This document shows, one piece after another, positions 1-9,901 of a stretch of 64,000 bases of DNA. Within the stretch, counting starts at the first letter, position 1, and each line of letters opens with the position of its first letter. The notes below the pieces were generated by a model that made no database searches, had not been told where the DNA came from, and worked only from the letters and a program-made list of their open reading frames with translations. The translations under genes and the position numbers were made by a program. The DNA is from Candidatus Binatia bacterium. Lineage in GTDB: Bacteria; Desulfobacterota; Binatia; Bin18. The DNA is taken from assembly GCA_963666315.2 (NCBI GenBank), contig CAXXHG010000040.1:1-64000 (forward strand). The letters are read 5' to 3'.

Positions 1-19
1 AAGATGAGGTAGAGCAGGA

Positions 20-1057
20 ATGAAATTCGGACTAATCTTCGCCCTCCAAGATCCTCCTAACGGGGAGAATCTGCCTCGTCTGTATGACGAAGTCTTTGCC
101 CAAGCCGAGCTTGCCGAAGACGTCGGCTTTGACGCCTTTTTCCTGCCCGAACATCACCAGATGCCGGACGGTTATCTGCCCGCACCGCTGACGTTTGCCG
201 CGGGTTTGGCCGCTCGGACCAAGCGTACACAAATCGGCACGGGCATTCTCCAGTTGCCGCTGTATCACCCCTTGCATGTTGCAGAGCAAATTGCCGTTAT
301 CGATAATATCGCTAAGGGTCGTTTTATTCTGGGTGCCGGCTTGGGTTTGGTCGAACAAGAATTCAACGCCTTTGAAATTCCTCTCTCTGCTGCAGCCGCA
401 CGCTTTACCGAATCCGTCCACATCCTGCGGAAAGCCTGGAGCGGACAGACATTTTCGCATCACGGTGAGCATTTCAATTTTGACAATGTCACCATCACCC
501 CCCGCCCCGTCCGCCAGCCACCCATTTGGATAGGAGCCATGTCCACTATTACCCTCAAGCGTGCGGGCCGGATTGGGGACGGTTGGCTGTCAGATCCCCT
601 GCATCACTTCGATGTCATGAAGGCGTGGGCGGAGATATATCGGACTGCGGCCCAGGAAGCTGGGAATGCGCGGGTTGAGATCGGCATTCTGCGTAATGCC
701 TGGGTCGGCGAAAGCCAGGCTGATGTTGAGCGTGTATGGTGGCCGCATGTGCGCGACTTCCACCTGTTCTATTTACGCCTCGGGTTCTTCTCTTCGGGCC
801 GCTTTAACACCAAATGGGAACCCTGGATCAAAGAAGTCAAATCCGAGGACGAATGGACGTATGAACGAGTTGCGCCAAACCGTTTAATCTGTGGCACGCC
901 GGATCGGGTCATTGCCGATCTGAAACGCTACGAACAAGAAGTCGGCTGTCAGTATATGATCCTCATGCTGCGCTGCCCGGGCGGGCCCGGCCATGAGGAA
1001 ACGATGCGGTGTATTAAATTATTCGGAAAGGAAGTGCTTCCACACTTTACGTCATGA
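20..1057 (+). CDS. LLM-class (luciferase-like) flavin-dependent oxidoreductase
   Basis: MKFGL start, GFDAFFLPEHH, HPLHVAEQIAVID, PPIWIG and C-terminal LFGKEVLPHF are typical of the bacterial luciferase fold. Confidence 0.9.
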   Translation: MKFGLIFALQDPPNGENLPRLYDEVFAQAELAEDVGFDAFFLPEHHQMPDGYLPAPLTFAAGLAARTKRTQIGTGILQLPLYHPLHVAEQIAVIDNIAKGRFILGAGLGLVEQEFNAFEIPLSAAAARFTESVHILRKAWSGQTFSHHGEHFNFDNVTITPRPVRQPPIWIGAMSTITLKRAGRIGDGWLSDPLHHFDVMKAWAEIYRTAAQEAGNARVEIGILRNAWVGESQADVERVWWPHVRDFHLFYLRLGFFSSGRFNTKWEPWIKEVKSEDEWTYERVAPNRLICGTPDRVIADLKRYEQEVGCQYMILMLRCPGGPGHEETMRCIKLFGKEVLPHFTS

Positions 1058-2085
1058 AAATAGGCTATCTCTTAGACACCCACGGCGGCCCGTACGATAT
1101 GCCCGCTCCCGATAGTGCGCAGGTTACGGCGTTTATTGATCATTTATGGTGTGAGGCTGAAGCTGCAGAGCAAGCGGGCTTTGATTCGCTGCTTGTTCCT
1201 GAACGACACACCCGCACCGAATGCCTCTTCCCCTCGCCACTTGTCTTACTCGGTGGCCTTGCCGCGCGCACGACGCGCATCCGCCTCGGGACATATATCC
1301 TGATTCTGCCCCTGTATGATCCGGTCCATATTGCCGAGCAAATGGCCATGATAGACCTGATGTCAAACGGTCGGCTGATCTGCGGCGTGGCGTCCGGTTA
1401 TCATCCTGACTACCACAACGCGTTTGCTATCCCGATGAAGGGCGGACGCACTCGGTTTGAGGAAGGTTTAGAAGTTATCAAGCAAGCCTGGACCCAAGAC
1501 CATTTTTCCTTTCATGGCGAGGTCTTCAATTACGATAATGTGAGGCTCACACCCAAGCCCGTGCAGCAGCCCTATCCGGAATTATGGCTGGGCGGGATGT
1601 TTCCCTACACCATACAGCGCGCGGGGGGGAGTGCTGATGCATGGTGCAGTGACCCCTTTCCTTTAGAAAAAGAGACCTGGAAGAGCCAGGTCGCCCTATA
1701 CCGAGAAGCTGCGGCAAAGGCCGGAAAGCGGGCGAACGTTGTGCTCATGCGCGATGGTTGGGTTGCGCCAACTCGGGCCGAGGCAGAAAAGATCTTCGGC
1801 AGCATTTATGTTGAAGAGATGCTGTTTTACTTCCGGCATGACATTCTCAACCATCATCCCGACTTTGAGTCAGAGTCGGATTTTACAGTCAAGAGCTGCT
1901 TTCAGCACACGGTGGCAGGTTCGCCTCAAGAGTGCAGAGAACAGCTGGACATATACGCACAAGAATATGACGTAGACTATATGGTCATGCGTTTTCGTTT
2001 GCCGGCTGGCCCGGACCGTGAACGCGTGCTGGATTGTATTCGGTTATTCGGGGACGAAGTCTTGCCGCATTTTCATAACATGTAG
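1054..2085 (+). CDS. LLM-class flavin-dependent oxidoreductase (second, translationally coupled)
   Basis: GFDSLLVPERH, TTRIRLGT, DPVHIAEQMAMIDLMSNGRL; ATGA overlap with the upstream LLM gene. Confidence 0.9.
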   Translation: MKIGYLLDTHGGPYDMPAPDSAQVTAFIDHLWCEAEAAEQAGFDSLLVPERHTRTECLFPSPLVLLGGLAARTTRIRLGTYILILPLYDPVHIAEQMAMIDLMSNGRLICGVASGYHPDYHNAFAIPMKGGRTRFEEGLEVIKQAWTQDHFSFHGEVFNYDNVRLTPKPVQQPYPELWLGGMFPYTIQRAGGSADAWCSDPFPLEKETWKSQVALYREAAAKAGKRANVVLMRDGWVAPTRAEAEKIFGSIYVEEMLFYFRHDILNHHPDFESESDFTVKSCFQHTVAGSPQECREQLDIYAQEYDVDYMVMRFRLPAGPDRERVLDCIRLFGDEVLPHFHNM

Positions 2086-2096
2086 GAGAAAGCATT

Positions 2097-3302
2097 ATGC
2101 ACAGCAGACACCGATTCGTTGACAGTGATGCCCATATTATCGAGCCCGAAGACATGTTCGAGAAATATCTTGAGCCGAAATATCATGCAGCCATGCCCAA
2201 GGCGTGGGCCAACTACCGGGGAGAACCGCTCGGGTTTGGCTTGGAAGTCAGAATCCCGAATCCCGATGGCGGTGAGTATCTGATGCCGTTTGGTCGCGAC
2301 CCACTGAGCGATCCTGCCCAGGCCAACGGCAAGTCGCACAGTGGGGCTCAAGAACCCGGCGAACGCGTTGTTCTTCCAGGCCATGATGAAGCGTATGCTA
2401 AATACGCCAAGCAGGACTTCCCACCTGAGATCTACCCTGAGGTTATGGAACAAGTTGGCATCGACTACATGGTCGTGTATCCATCCATCGGGCTCCTCTC
2501 AGTAACCGTTCCAAACCTGGCAGCCGATACTGCCGCGGCCTATCGCCGGGCGTATAACAACTGGCTGCATGATTTTTGTTCCGCCGCAGGCGGGCGCGTG
2601 TTTGGCGCTGCTTCCATCGACCTGCGTGATGCTGAGGCGGCGGCTCGGGAAGTACGTCGATGTGTCACACAGTTTAACTTTAAGGCCGTGCATATTAACC
2701 CTGTCCCGGTGTGCAAACATCGCTTATACGATGAGTTCTACACACCCTTGTGGCAGACGCTTGAAGAGCTGGACGTTCCGCTCGCTGTCCACACCGGGAG
2801 CGGCACAGCTGCAGATGAGATGCTGTACTATTACCTACCCCGGTTGCGTTCCGCGCAGGCAACCGTTGCCTTCACCATTGGTAACATGCTGGCCAGCACG
2901 GCGCTGATTATGGGCGGCGTACTAGAGCGTCATCCCAAGTTGCGCGTCGTGCATCTGGAATCTGGCGCTGGCTGGGCCGCATTTTGGCTTGATCGGCTCG
3001 GCGCTGGCGTCCAAGGCGGCTTTCGCGGTCTTGACATTGAAGGCCTCAGTATGCCGCCGGTCGAGTATTTCAAGCGACAGTGCTATATCTCGGCTGATCC
3101 CGACGATCCAGGCATTAAGCAGGTCATTGACACTATTGGAGATGATAATATCGTGACTGCAACTGACTTCGCCCACCCCGAGGGCCGACAGTACACCTGG
3201 GCGGTCAAGGAGATGATGGCATTGCCCGGAGTCTCAGACGAGAGCAAGCGCAAAATCATGTGGGACAACGCGTTACGGCTGTATCCGATTCAGCCAGACT
3301 AA
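2097..3302 (+). CDS. Amidohydrolase family protein (Amidohydro_2 type)
   Basis: DSDAHIIEP, AYNNWL, GVLERHPKLRVVHLESG, TDFAHPE, WDNALRLY. Confidence 0.9.
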   Translation: MHSRHRFVDSDAHIIEPEDMFEKYLEPKYHAAMPKAWANYRGEPLGFGLEVRIPNPDGGEYLMPFGRDPLSDPAQANGKSHSGAQEPGERVVLPGHDEAYAKYAKQDFPPEIYPEVMEQVGIDYMVVYPSIGLLSVTVPNLAADTAAAYRRAYNNWLHDFCSAAGGRVFGAASIDLRDAEAAAREVRRCVTQFNFKAVHINPVPVCKHRLYDEFYTPLWQTLEELDVPLAVHTGSGTAADEMLYYYLPRLRSAQATVAFTIGNMLASTALIMGGVLERHPKLRVVHLESGAGWAAFWLDRLGAGVQGGFRGLDIEGLSMPPVEYFKRQCYISADPDDPGIKQVIDTIGDDNIVTATDFAHPEGRQYTWAVKEMMALPGVSDESKRKIMWDNALRLYPIQPD

Positions 3303-3316
3303 AAGGAGTAAGACCC

Positions 3317-4207
3317 ATGAGAGAGCTCACTCGTGTATCAGCGACAGCGTCGGCAAAAGATATCACCCACGCGATTGAGCGTGACGGGGCGGTTATCATT
3401 AAAAACTTGATCAGTGCAGATCAAGCCGCGGCGACACTCGATGAGCTTTTGCCTCACATTGAAACGACCCGCACAGGCCCGGATGACTTTGCGGGACACC
3501 ACACAACGCGGACGGGTGCGATCATTGCTCGTTCTCCAGCCTGTCGTGAACTCGTTATGCAGGAAAGTATCATCGGCGTATGCGATGAGTTTTTGCTTCC
3601 CAACTGCAAACGCTATCAGCTCCACCTGGCCCAAGTGATCCGCCTTATGCCTGGACAGAAGAAACAGCCCTTGCACCGTGACCGGTTGGTCTGGGGAGAC
3701 TACTTGCAAGGGATCGAGCCGCAACTCAACGCGCTGTGGGCACTGACAGATTTCACACACGAAAACGGCGCGACCCAAGTTGTTCCAGGCAGCCCTTCTT
3801 GGCCTAAGGACCGAGAGGCAAAGGACGAAGAGATCACCTATGCGGAAATGCCGCGCGGCTCGGCGCTGGTGTATTCAGGCACGGTCATTCACGCCGGCGG
3901 CGCAAATAACAGCGCTACGGATCGGGTCGGACTGAATATTACTTATTCACTCGGCTGGCTGCGTCAGGAAGAAAACCAGTACTTATCCTGCCCACCGGAG
4001 ATCGCCAAAGACTTGGATCCCGCGCTCCAAGAACTCCTCGGTTATACCATGATGAGTTACGCCCTCGGCTATTTCACTCCACCGGACCCGGCCAGTGGAG
4101 AATCGGGCCTCCGCCCGCCGGAGTTCGCGCTCGGGCGTTCGCCGCGGAAAGATAGGAAGGACATCCAGGCCCCTGCGGATTTGGCAGATTCGAGCGCTAC
4201 AGGCTGA
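3317..4207 (+). CDS. Phytanoyl-CoA dioxygenase (PhyH) family Fe(II)/2-oxoglutarate oxygenase
   Basis: QPLHRD (HxD), NGATQVVPGS, HAGGAN, WLRQEENQYL; start placed at the ATG after SD aaggag. Confidence 0.85.
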   Translation: MRELTRVSATASAKDITHAIERDGAVIIKNLISADQAAATLDELLPHIETTRTGPDDFAGHHTTRTGAIIARSPACRELVMQESIIGVCDEFLLPNCKRYQLHLAQVIRLMPGQKKQPLHRDRLVWGDYLQGIEPQLNALWALTDFTHENGATQVVPGSPSWPKDREAKDEEITYAEMPRGSALVYSGTVIHAGGANNSATDRVGLNITYSLGWLRQEENQYLSCPPEIAKDLDPALQELLGYTMMSYALGYFTPPDPASGESGLRPPEFALGRSPRKDRKDIQAPADLADSSATG

Positions 4208-4227
4208 CACTCAATTGTAAAGAAATA

Positions 4228-4521
4228 TTAAGGCTGGGATGCTTTCGCCAAGCGGCGAGTCGTATCCCGATAGATGGACACACGCGGACCGATGGCGCTC
4301 ACTTCGGGAACAGTTCGCGTTGTGCGGTAAATAATTCGGACGCGCCCGACTCGAAAACTCGACCACCCAGAGAGTTCACGCTGTAAAGGCTTTCCTGCTG
4401 ACGGATTTGCCCGGAGTGTGTCTAATGCTGCACGAATACGTGGCTTGAGTTCCGGATGCATTGTCCGGCTGGCTGCTTGTACCTCGCATGGCAACCGGAC
4501 CTGGCATACGCTAGACCTCAT
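4228..4521 (-). CDS. RelE/ParE-family type II toxin
   Basis: NPSAGKPLQRELSGWSSFRVGRVRIIY...IGPRVSIY is RelE-like; start overlaps the antitoxin remnant. Confidence 0.75.
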   Translation of the reverse strand: MRSSVCQVRLPCEVQAASRTMHPELKPRIRAALDTLRANPSAGKPLQRELSGWSSFRVGRVRIIYRTTRTVPEVSAIGPRVSIYRDTTRRLAKASQP

Positions 4522-4700
4522 CTGCAAAGAACTGGTCGAGGTCTTTATCTGTAAGCAGTTTTCCACGTTCCTGTTTGAGCTGCTTGATACCCTTGTGTAT
4601 CTCTTTGACCAACTCTTGGTCTGTGAGAACTGCCAGGGTCTCTAGCCCAAGCCCGGAGGACTCGCAATAAATCCTGTAAGACTCGTAATCAATGAGGAAT
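4511..4700 (-). pseudogene. C-terminal remnant of a Phd/YefM-like antitoxin
   Basis: Minus-strand frame reads FLIDYESY...LETLAVLTDQELVKEIHKGIKQLKQERGKLL...*; no N-terminal DNA-binding part; abuts the SDR stop at 4703. Confidence 0.6.
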
Positions 4701-4702
4701 CG

Positions 4703-5449
4703 CTATCGATCTATTATTCCACCATCAGTGGCGATGTTCTGGCGAGTAACCCACTGCCCTTGTTCACTGACCAGGAAACCTATGACTTCAGCGATTTCTT
4801 CCGGCTGCCCCAAACGCTGCAGTGGCGTCATCTCGATGACATCTCGGCGTGCGTCTTGGTCCATATTGGCGAGGAGCATGTGGGTCTCGGTGAAACCTGG
4901 CGAAACCGCGTTGACGGTGATACCGCGTGGAGCAACCTCCTTCGCCAGGGTCCGGCAGAACTGCTCTACGGCCGCCTTGCTACCGAAATAGCACGTGCCG
5001 CCTGGCATATTCAGGACGGTACCGATCGTTGACACGCAAACAATCCTGCCGTCGTCGGCCATGTGGCGCAGCGCCTCTTGCAGACAAAAGTAGGTTCCTT
5101 TGGCATTGAGCACGTAGGTCCGGTCGAAGTCCTCCTCGGTGATGTCCGCCAGCGGCTTAAAACACGAGCAGCTTGCGTTCGCCACAAGGATGTCGAGTCT
5201 GTCCAGGTGTCCTATGGTCTCTCGAAAGAGCCGCCGAATATTCTCCAACTTGGCAACGTCGGCTTGCACAGCCAGAGCCCTACCGCCCTGCGCCTCGATT
5301 CCTTCGACCACCGCGTTCGCCTCTTCAGCGCTTGTGGCATAGTTGACGATCACAGACGCTCCGTCTCGTGCCAGCCGCTCCGCAGTAGCCCGGCCTATCC
5401 CTCTGAAGGCGCCGGTTACAACAGCGACTTTCCCCTTGAGCGTATCCAT
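4703..5449 (-). CDS. Short-chain dehydrogenase/reductase (SDR)
   Basis: MDTLKGKVAVVTGAFRGIG, YFGSK catalytic motif, VNAVSPG; start after SD gggag. Confidence 0.85.
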   Translation of the reverse strand: MDTLKGKVAVVTGAFRGIGRATAERLARDGASVIVNYATSAEEANAVVEGIEAQGGRALAVQADVAKLENIRRLFRETIGHLDRLDILVANASCSCFKPLADITEEDFDRTYVLNAKGTYFCLQEALRHMADDGRIVCVSTIGTVLNMPGGTCYFGSKAAVEQFCRTLAKEVAPRGITVNAVSPGFTETHMLLANMDQDARRDVIEMTPLQRLGQPEEIAEVIGFLVSEQGQWVTRQNIATDGGIIDR

Positions 5450-5534
5450 TATTTTCTCCCGTAACAAAACATGCTCATCGGGCGTCGTGAAAGATAATGC
5501 CCAGCGTATGCCTCTACTTGCATCCCTGGCCCAC

Positions 5535-5966
5535 TCATTTTTCGAGAACGGCCCGCAGCGACTTGAACCATTGCGGCATGGCTTCCTCAAGAAGCTTCGT
5601 GCTGTTTTCCTGCTCTTCGGCAGGGCAGTCGTACTGTACGGACCATTCCATGAATGCTCCATTCCCATCCACGATCGGTGTGACGCGCCCCGTCCCCTGG
5701 TAGTAAGTGACCGCACCGAGGGGCCCGCAAGATTCACAGGTGTAGAACCGATCGAGATCTGAGTGGGCCACGAGCCGCTGGGGAATACGCGCGTCGTATT
5801 CAACAAAGTTGCGGATGGCGCCCACCGCATCGCCCGATTTACCATCCTCGATGTGGCTCTCGGTGACGCTTGCCACCCACACCGGGTAGCTGTTGAAGTC
5901 GCGGATAACGGCCCAGACTTGGTCGGCCGTCTGGTCGAACACGGTGCTGTAGGATACTTTCGTCAT
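5535..5966 (-). CDS. SRPBCC/polyketide cyclase-dehydrase (START-like) family protein
   Basis: ADQVWAVIRDFNSYPVW, GDAVGAIRNF, FMEWSVQYD; SD gagggg upstream. Confidence 0.8.
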   Translation of the reverse strand: MTKVSYSTVFDQTADQVWAVIRDFNSYPVWVASVTESHIEDGKSGDAVGAIRNFVEYDARIPQRLVAHSDLDRFYTCESCGPLGAVTYYQGTGRVTPIVDGNGAFMEWSVQYDCPAEEQENSTKLLEEAMPQWFKSLRAVLEK

Positions 5967-6026
5967 TACTTTCCCCTCCTTATTTTTCGTTGAACGATGA
6001 AAACTAATATTCGAGCGAAACTTGTC

Positions 6027-6792
6027 CTAGGTCCGATTAATCAACACTCCGCCATCAGCAAGCAGTGCTGAGCCTGTCGTGAAGCTCGACAAATCAGACG
6101 CCAGGTAGAGCGCGGATTTCGCAATTTCTTTGGGCTGGGCTAGACGTTTGAGGGCATGCAGCCCTTCCACAAATGCAAGGGCTTCTGGGGTATCGGCAAA
6201 TGTCCGACCCATGGGCGTATCCGTGCCACCCGGCAACAACGCATTGACACGAATATTCTGTAGTCCATATTCAGCGGCAAGCGCCTTCGTGAGCCCAACG
6301 AGGCCGGCCTTGCTGGCGGCGTAGGCTCCCGTTTGCGGAAAGCCAACGGTTTAGCCGACAAATGATGAGGTAAAAATCAGTGAACCGCTACCACGCTTGA
6401 GCATCGCGGGGATTTGATATTTTGCCCCGAGGAAGGCGCTACTCAGACTTGTTGCCAGTGTATTGTTCCACTCTGTAAGTGGCATGTCCTACGGACATGC
6501 GCATTTGGCCAAGCGTCCCAGCATTATTGAGGGCAATATCAAGCCCGCCGAATTGATGCACCGCCAGTTCAGCCAGCGCCTTGGCAGACGCCTAATCCTT
6601 CACATCTCCCGTACGTGCAACAGCACTTCCCCCCGCTTCAGTAATCTCTGCGACCAGTGCATCCAGCTCTGCCTGGCGGCGCGCGCCCACAACAACTTTT
6701 GCCCAGTCGCGTGCGAAGAGTTTCGCCGTTTCATAACCGATACCTGCGCTGGTACCAGTAATAATCGCGATCTTGCCTGAGAGTAACGTCAT
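6027..6792 (-). pseudogene. SDR oxidoreductase pseudogene
   Basis: N-terminus MTLLSGKIAIITGTSAGIG ends in a stop; C-terminus LPGGTDTPMG...SFTTGSALLADGG is separated from it by stops and frameshifts. Confidence 0.85.
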
Positions 6793-6873
6793 GCTCTTGA
6801 CTCCTTTCATTCTGCTTTCTCTGTGTGTAGTAGGACCCCGCACCTAAGCGAATGTGAAAAGTCCAGCTAAAAT

Positions 6874-7250
6874 TTATTGCTCAACGATTTGTAACTTTAA
6901 ACTTGTGATGAGGGTTCTGATAACGTTGCGCTATGGCTCCGGTACCGCAAACTTCTCAAGGGTAGCTTCCAGGTTGCGGGTGAACGCCGCGTATTCGTGG
7001 CTGGTGAAGCCCATGCCCGCGGGCACCGTTTCCATATCGCGGCCGGAGCCGTAAGTCGGCCCGTCGATGGCGGCGGCGATGTAATCGACCGTGAGTTGTC
7101 AGCCGTCTGTCCAAGAATGCAGCGTGCTGCGCAGTCTAGACCCGCCATACTAAGGGGTCGTTACGCAGCCGCTCCAGGAAATCCTCGATGACCACAGCGA
7201 TAGTGCCATAACCGTCAACGTGTGTGAAGAGAATCTCCTGTGCCTGGCAT
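6874..7250 (-). pseudogene. Group I truncated haemoglobin pseudogene
   Basis: Broken frames read GDSLHTR / DGYGTIAVVIEDFLERLRNDPL / RQLTVDYIAAAIDGPTYGSGRDMETV.AGMGF / LEATLEKFAVPEP*RNV..LITSLKLQIVEQ. Confidence 0.7.
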
Positions 7251-7309
7251 GAATCGTTCTCCTTTCTCGCGTTACCCCATCGAGGGAAGTTTCGTTGTTT
7301 CAACCTTGC

Positions 7310-7804
7310 TCATTTCGCGCCGTCACTCATGCGCTCGTGCCTAGGCGTCGTAACCTCCTGTGGCGCATACAGCGATTCCGGGATCTCGGCCAGGCGAGAA
7401 TGCTGGAGTTCCGGACCAAGCCCGAAAAACCGACTAAAGCTCATAATCAACGGTTGCCATTTCACCGGATCAACCCGATCCTTCTCACCAGCCATTAGAA
7501 TATTTTTCGCGACCCCCCGCACCACCCCATGCTCGGTCCCACTGTACTGAGCGCGGACCAAGCTAATGAAATGCGAGTAACGTTTGTCGTGGACACTATC
7601 GTCGACAATCAGCACAGCGTTGGGGCCATCCTCAATCCGCCCTTTGACTAGCTGCCACACCTCACCAGGCAGAAACCGTTTCTGGTGCAGGAAAGCGTTG
7701 ACCACATCGTGACTCACCCCCGCCAAGTGCTCCGCCAGATAGGTGCACGTGCAGTTCTTGGGCGTGCTGGGCAGATACTCTACATACTGCTTCTTGGTAA
7801 TCAT
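7310..7804 (-). mobile_element. IS701-family transposase N-terminal fragment
   Basis: TKKQYVEYL, TCTYLAEHLAGVSHDVVN, VLIVDDSVHDKRYS, QYSGTEHGVVRG; similarity is lost after about 7510. Confidence 0.75.
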
Positions 7805-8041
7805 GCCCGCACCATGCTACTTTTGCCCTTCCGGCGTAAGCGCTGTTTGCAAAGCGAATCTTTGATCGAGCTATGTTTTCTAATTCCCACCTGTTCATCA
7901 AAACGTGGCTCGGGAAGGATGAGTGTCCTGCCGCCAAAGACCTACCCGAGGATTGGAGAGAGCGACTTACGGAGGGTTTGAGGGTACTGGCCCGGCGGAT
8001 CCAGTCCAGCTTGGCGGACAGTGAGGAGACGAGCCCCTGAC

Positions 8042-8437
8042 ATGAGTGCCTGGCAGAGACACGTGTCACTACCCAATCCGAAGTTTGAGTTTCTCGATGG
8101 TGGTCACATCAAGCTGCTGGAGAATTTCGCGTGGGGCCTGGAACGGGTGCCAGCTGGTTTTATCTATGACGGCAGCAGTGTACCGCGGGTGCTGCATAGC
8201 TACGTCCGGCCCTTTGGAGCTGGCCTGCGAGCGGCCTTATTTCACGATCAGGACTACCGGGCGCAGCAGGTCACACGCGCAGTCGCCGATGCCCGTTTCT
8301 ACCATCGCCTGAAATTGATCGGGATGCGCAAAAGCAAAGCCTGGGTAGTGTGGGCTGGGGTGAGAGCCGGTGGGTGGGTGGCGTGGAAGAAGCATAAAGC
8401 GGTGCTGGCCGCAAAACGTCATCACGCGTCCTCCTAG
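8042..8437 (+). CDS. DUF1353-family protein (phage-associated)
   Basis: VPAGFIYDGSSVPR, AALFHDQDY, RAVADARF, WAGVRAGGW; SD gaggag. Confidence 0.8.
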   Translation: MSAWQRHVSLPNPKFEFLDGGHIKLLENFAWGLERVPAGFIYDGSSVPRVLHSYVRPFGAGLRAALFHDQDYRAQQVTRAVADARFYHRLKLIGMRKSKAWVVWAGVRAGGWVAWKKHKAVLAAKRHHASS

Positions 8438-8557
8438 GCCTCGAGGACAACGAGGGCAGGGTCAGCGCGAAAAAGCGCGATTTTTGAGCAAAGCAAAAGG
8501 CGGGGTACTGCAAGAAAAGTGCGGGCTAAAAGTAGGGGGAGGAGTGACGAGCTTTGA

Positions 8558-8618
8558 AGGCCATGAGCGGGAAAGGAAGAAGAAGGGGTGGAGCGGAGGA
8601 AGACCCCGCCCATGGCCT
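8558..8618 (-). repeat. Long-stem hairpin element, copy 1
   Basis: aggccatgagcggg...cccgcccatggcct; pairing is complete on the minus strand with one G.U. Confidence 0.6.
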
Positions 8619-8745
8619 CATAGTGCTATGTCGGCGGGATAGCCGGTTACTTTAGTGGAGTATCGCGAGCAAATGGAATGGGTGCTGGGGTTCCTGCAGA
8701 TGGCTACGCAGAGGTTCAGACCTTCGGTGACTGTCCTGGCGAGAA

Positions 8746-9261
8746 GTGTTGATGGATAGCAGCTCGCATTACACAGTGAGCCATGACGTTGAGGGCTACA
8801 CTCGCTCGACGGCGACGTTTGCCCGTGGAGGTACGCACCGCTACCAATTGTGGCGTATCTGGCAACTGGGGCCGCTGTGTCATTTCTTGATGCTGAATCC
8901 TTCAACGGCAGATGAACGCCAAAGCGATCCCACGGTGACCCGCTGCCTGAACTACGCTAAAGCCTGGGGCTACGGCGGGCTGATCGTCACGAACATCTTT
9001 GCCCTGCGTTCGACGGATCCTCAACAGCTCTATAGCCACGCAGATCCAGTCGGCGTCGAGAACGATAGATTCATTCTGGATGCACAGGCTCGATGCGCCG
9101 TGACCGTAGCGGCCTGGGGGAATTATGGCAACCATATGGGCAGAGGAGAGCAGGTGAGAGCACTGCTGGAGGCCCCGCATATGCTTGGCTTGAATGCGAC
9201 TGGGACGCCGAAGCACCCATTGTATTTGAAGGCTGATTTACAGCCCGAGCGGTGGGTATGA
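8746..9261 (+). CDS. DUF1643-family protein
   Basis: HRYQLWRIW, FLMLNPSTAD, DPTVTRC, NIFALRSTDP, AAWG, PKHPLY. Confidence 0.85.
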   Translation: MLMDSSSHYTVSHDVEGYTRSTATFARGGTHRYQLWRIWQLGPLCHFLMLNPSTADERQSDPTVTRCLNYAKAWGYGGLIVTNIFALRSTDPQQLYSHADPVGVENDRFILDAQARCAVTVAAWGNYGNHMGRGEQVRALLEAPHMLGLNATGTPKHPLYLKADLQPERWV

Positions 9262-9534
9262 ATGTATCCGCGGCTTCCACTGGAAGAGAAGAAAATATGA
9301 TTTAAACTGGACCGTATTTGGTCTGAAGATATCTACCTGGGGCTGTCTTTTTATCTGTTTGACCTCCAACAAGATGAGGCGAGGGTGGTAATCCCGCTCG
9401 TGCCATCCTGCGCATGGGCGAGACCCTGAGTATTCAAACATCCTTTGCGCACGTCATTGCTATCGAAGACTCAGAGCATATGATTGTCGTGAGGCTGGTG
9501 ACAGAGTCAGGGGAGAAGTGAAGGAGGAACGGCA

Positions 9535-9587
9535 GCCATGAGCAGGGCCAGGCACGTGGGGTAGAGGTGAGAGGCCCCGCCCATAGC
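9535..9587 (-). repeat. Long-stem hairpin element, copy 2
   Basis: gccatgagcagggcc...ggccccgcccatagc; all three plus-strand mismatches are G.U pairs on the minus strand. Confidence 0.6.
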
Positions 9588-9631
9588 ACTATCGATATAG
9601 ATCGGGAGTGAGGCGGAAGAGTTAAGGGGTA

Positions 9632-9901
9632 ATGAACGACAGTACTGATTGCATTGTGGCCACTATTGTAGGCCGACAAGCCGTTCACTACGTCACCGTT
9701 AAACCTCATGGTGCCTTGTTTAGTGCCTGCGGAGTCGAACTGGCCAAGGGCAGGAAGTGTCTGGTGACCAGTGCAGAACCAGGCGCGGTGACGTGTAAAC
9801 GCTGTCAGCGGTCACCGCAGTGGCAGTATCCCCTTTTGAGAGTGCCTGCACCTGATTCCCGACAGCGAACCTCATCCCCCTCGGGTCCTTCTGAGTCGTG
9901 A
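9632..9901 (+). CDS. Small Cys/His-rich hypothetical protein (possible Zn finger)
   Basis: VHY...SACG...VTCKRC pattern; SD aagggg upstream. Confidence 0.45.
   Translation: MNDSTDCIVATIVGRQAVHYVTVKPHGALFSACGVELAKGRKCLVTSAEPGAVTCKRCQRSPQWQYPLLRVPAPDSRQRTSSPSGPSES

Noticed and set aside
4703-5845. 380-aa SDR with a long N-terminal extension
   Set aside because: The extension overlaps the SRPBCC gene in another frame; a good SD/ATG lies at 5449
5535-5966. mxaD linked to the xox module
   Set aside because: Generic SRPBCC fold about 47 kb from xoxF, with no signal peptide
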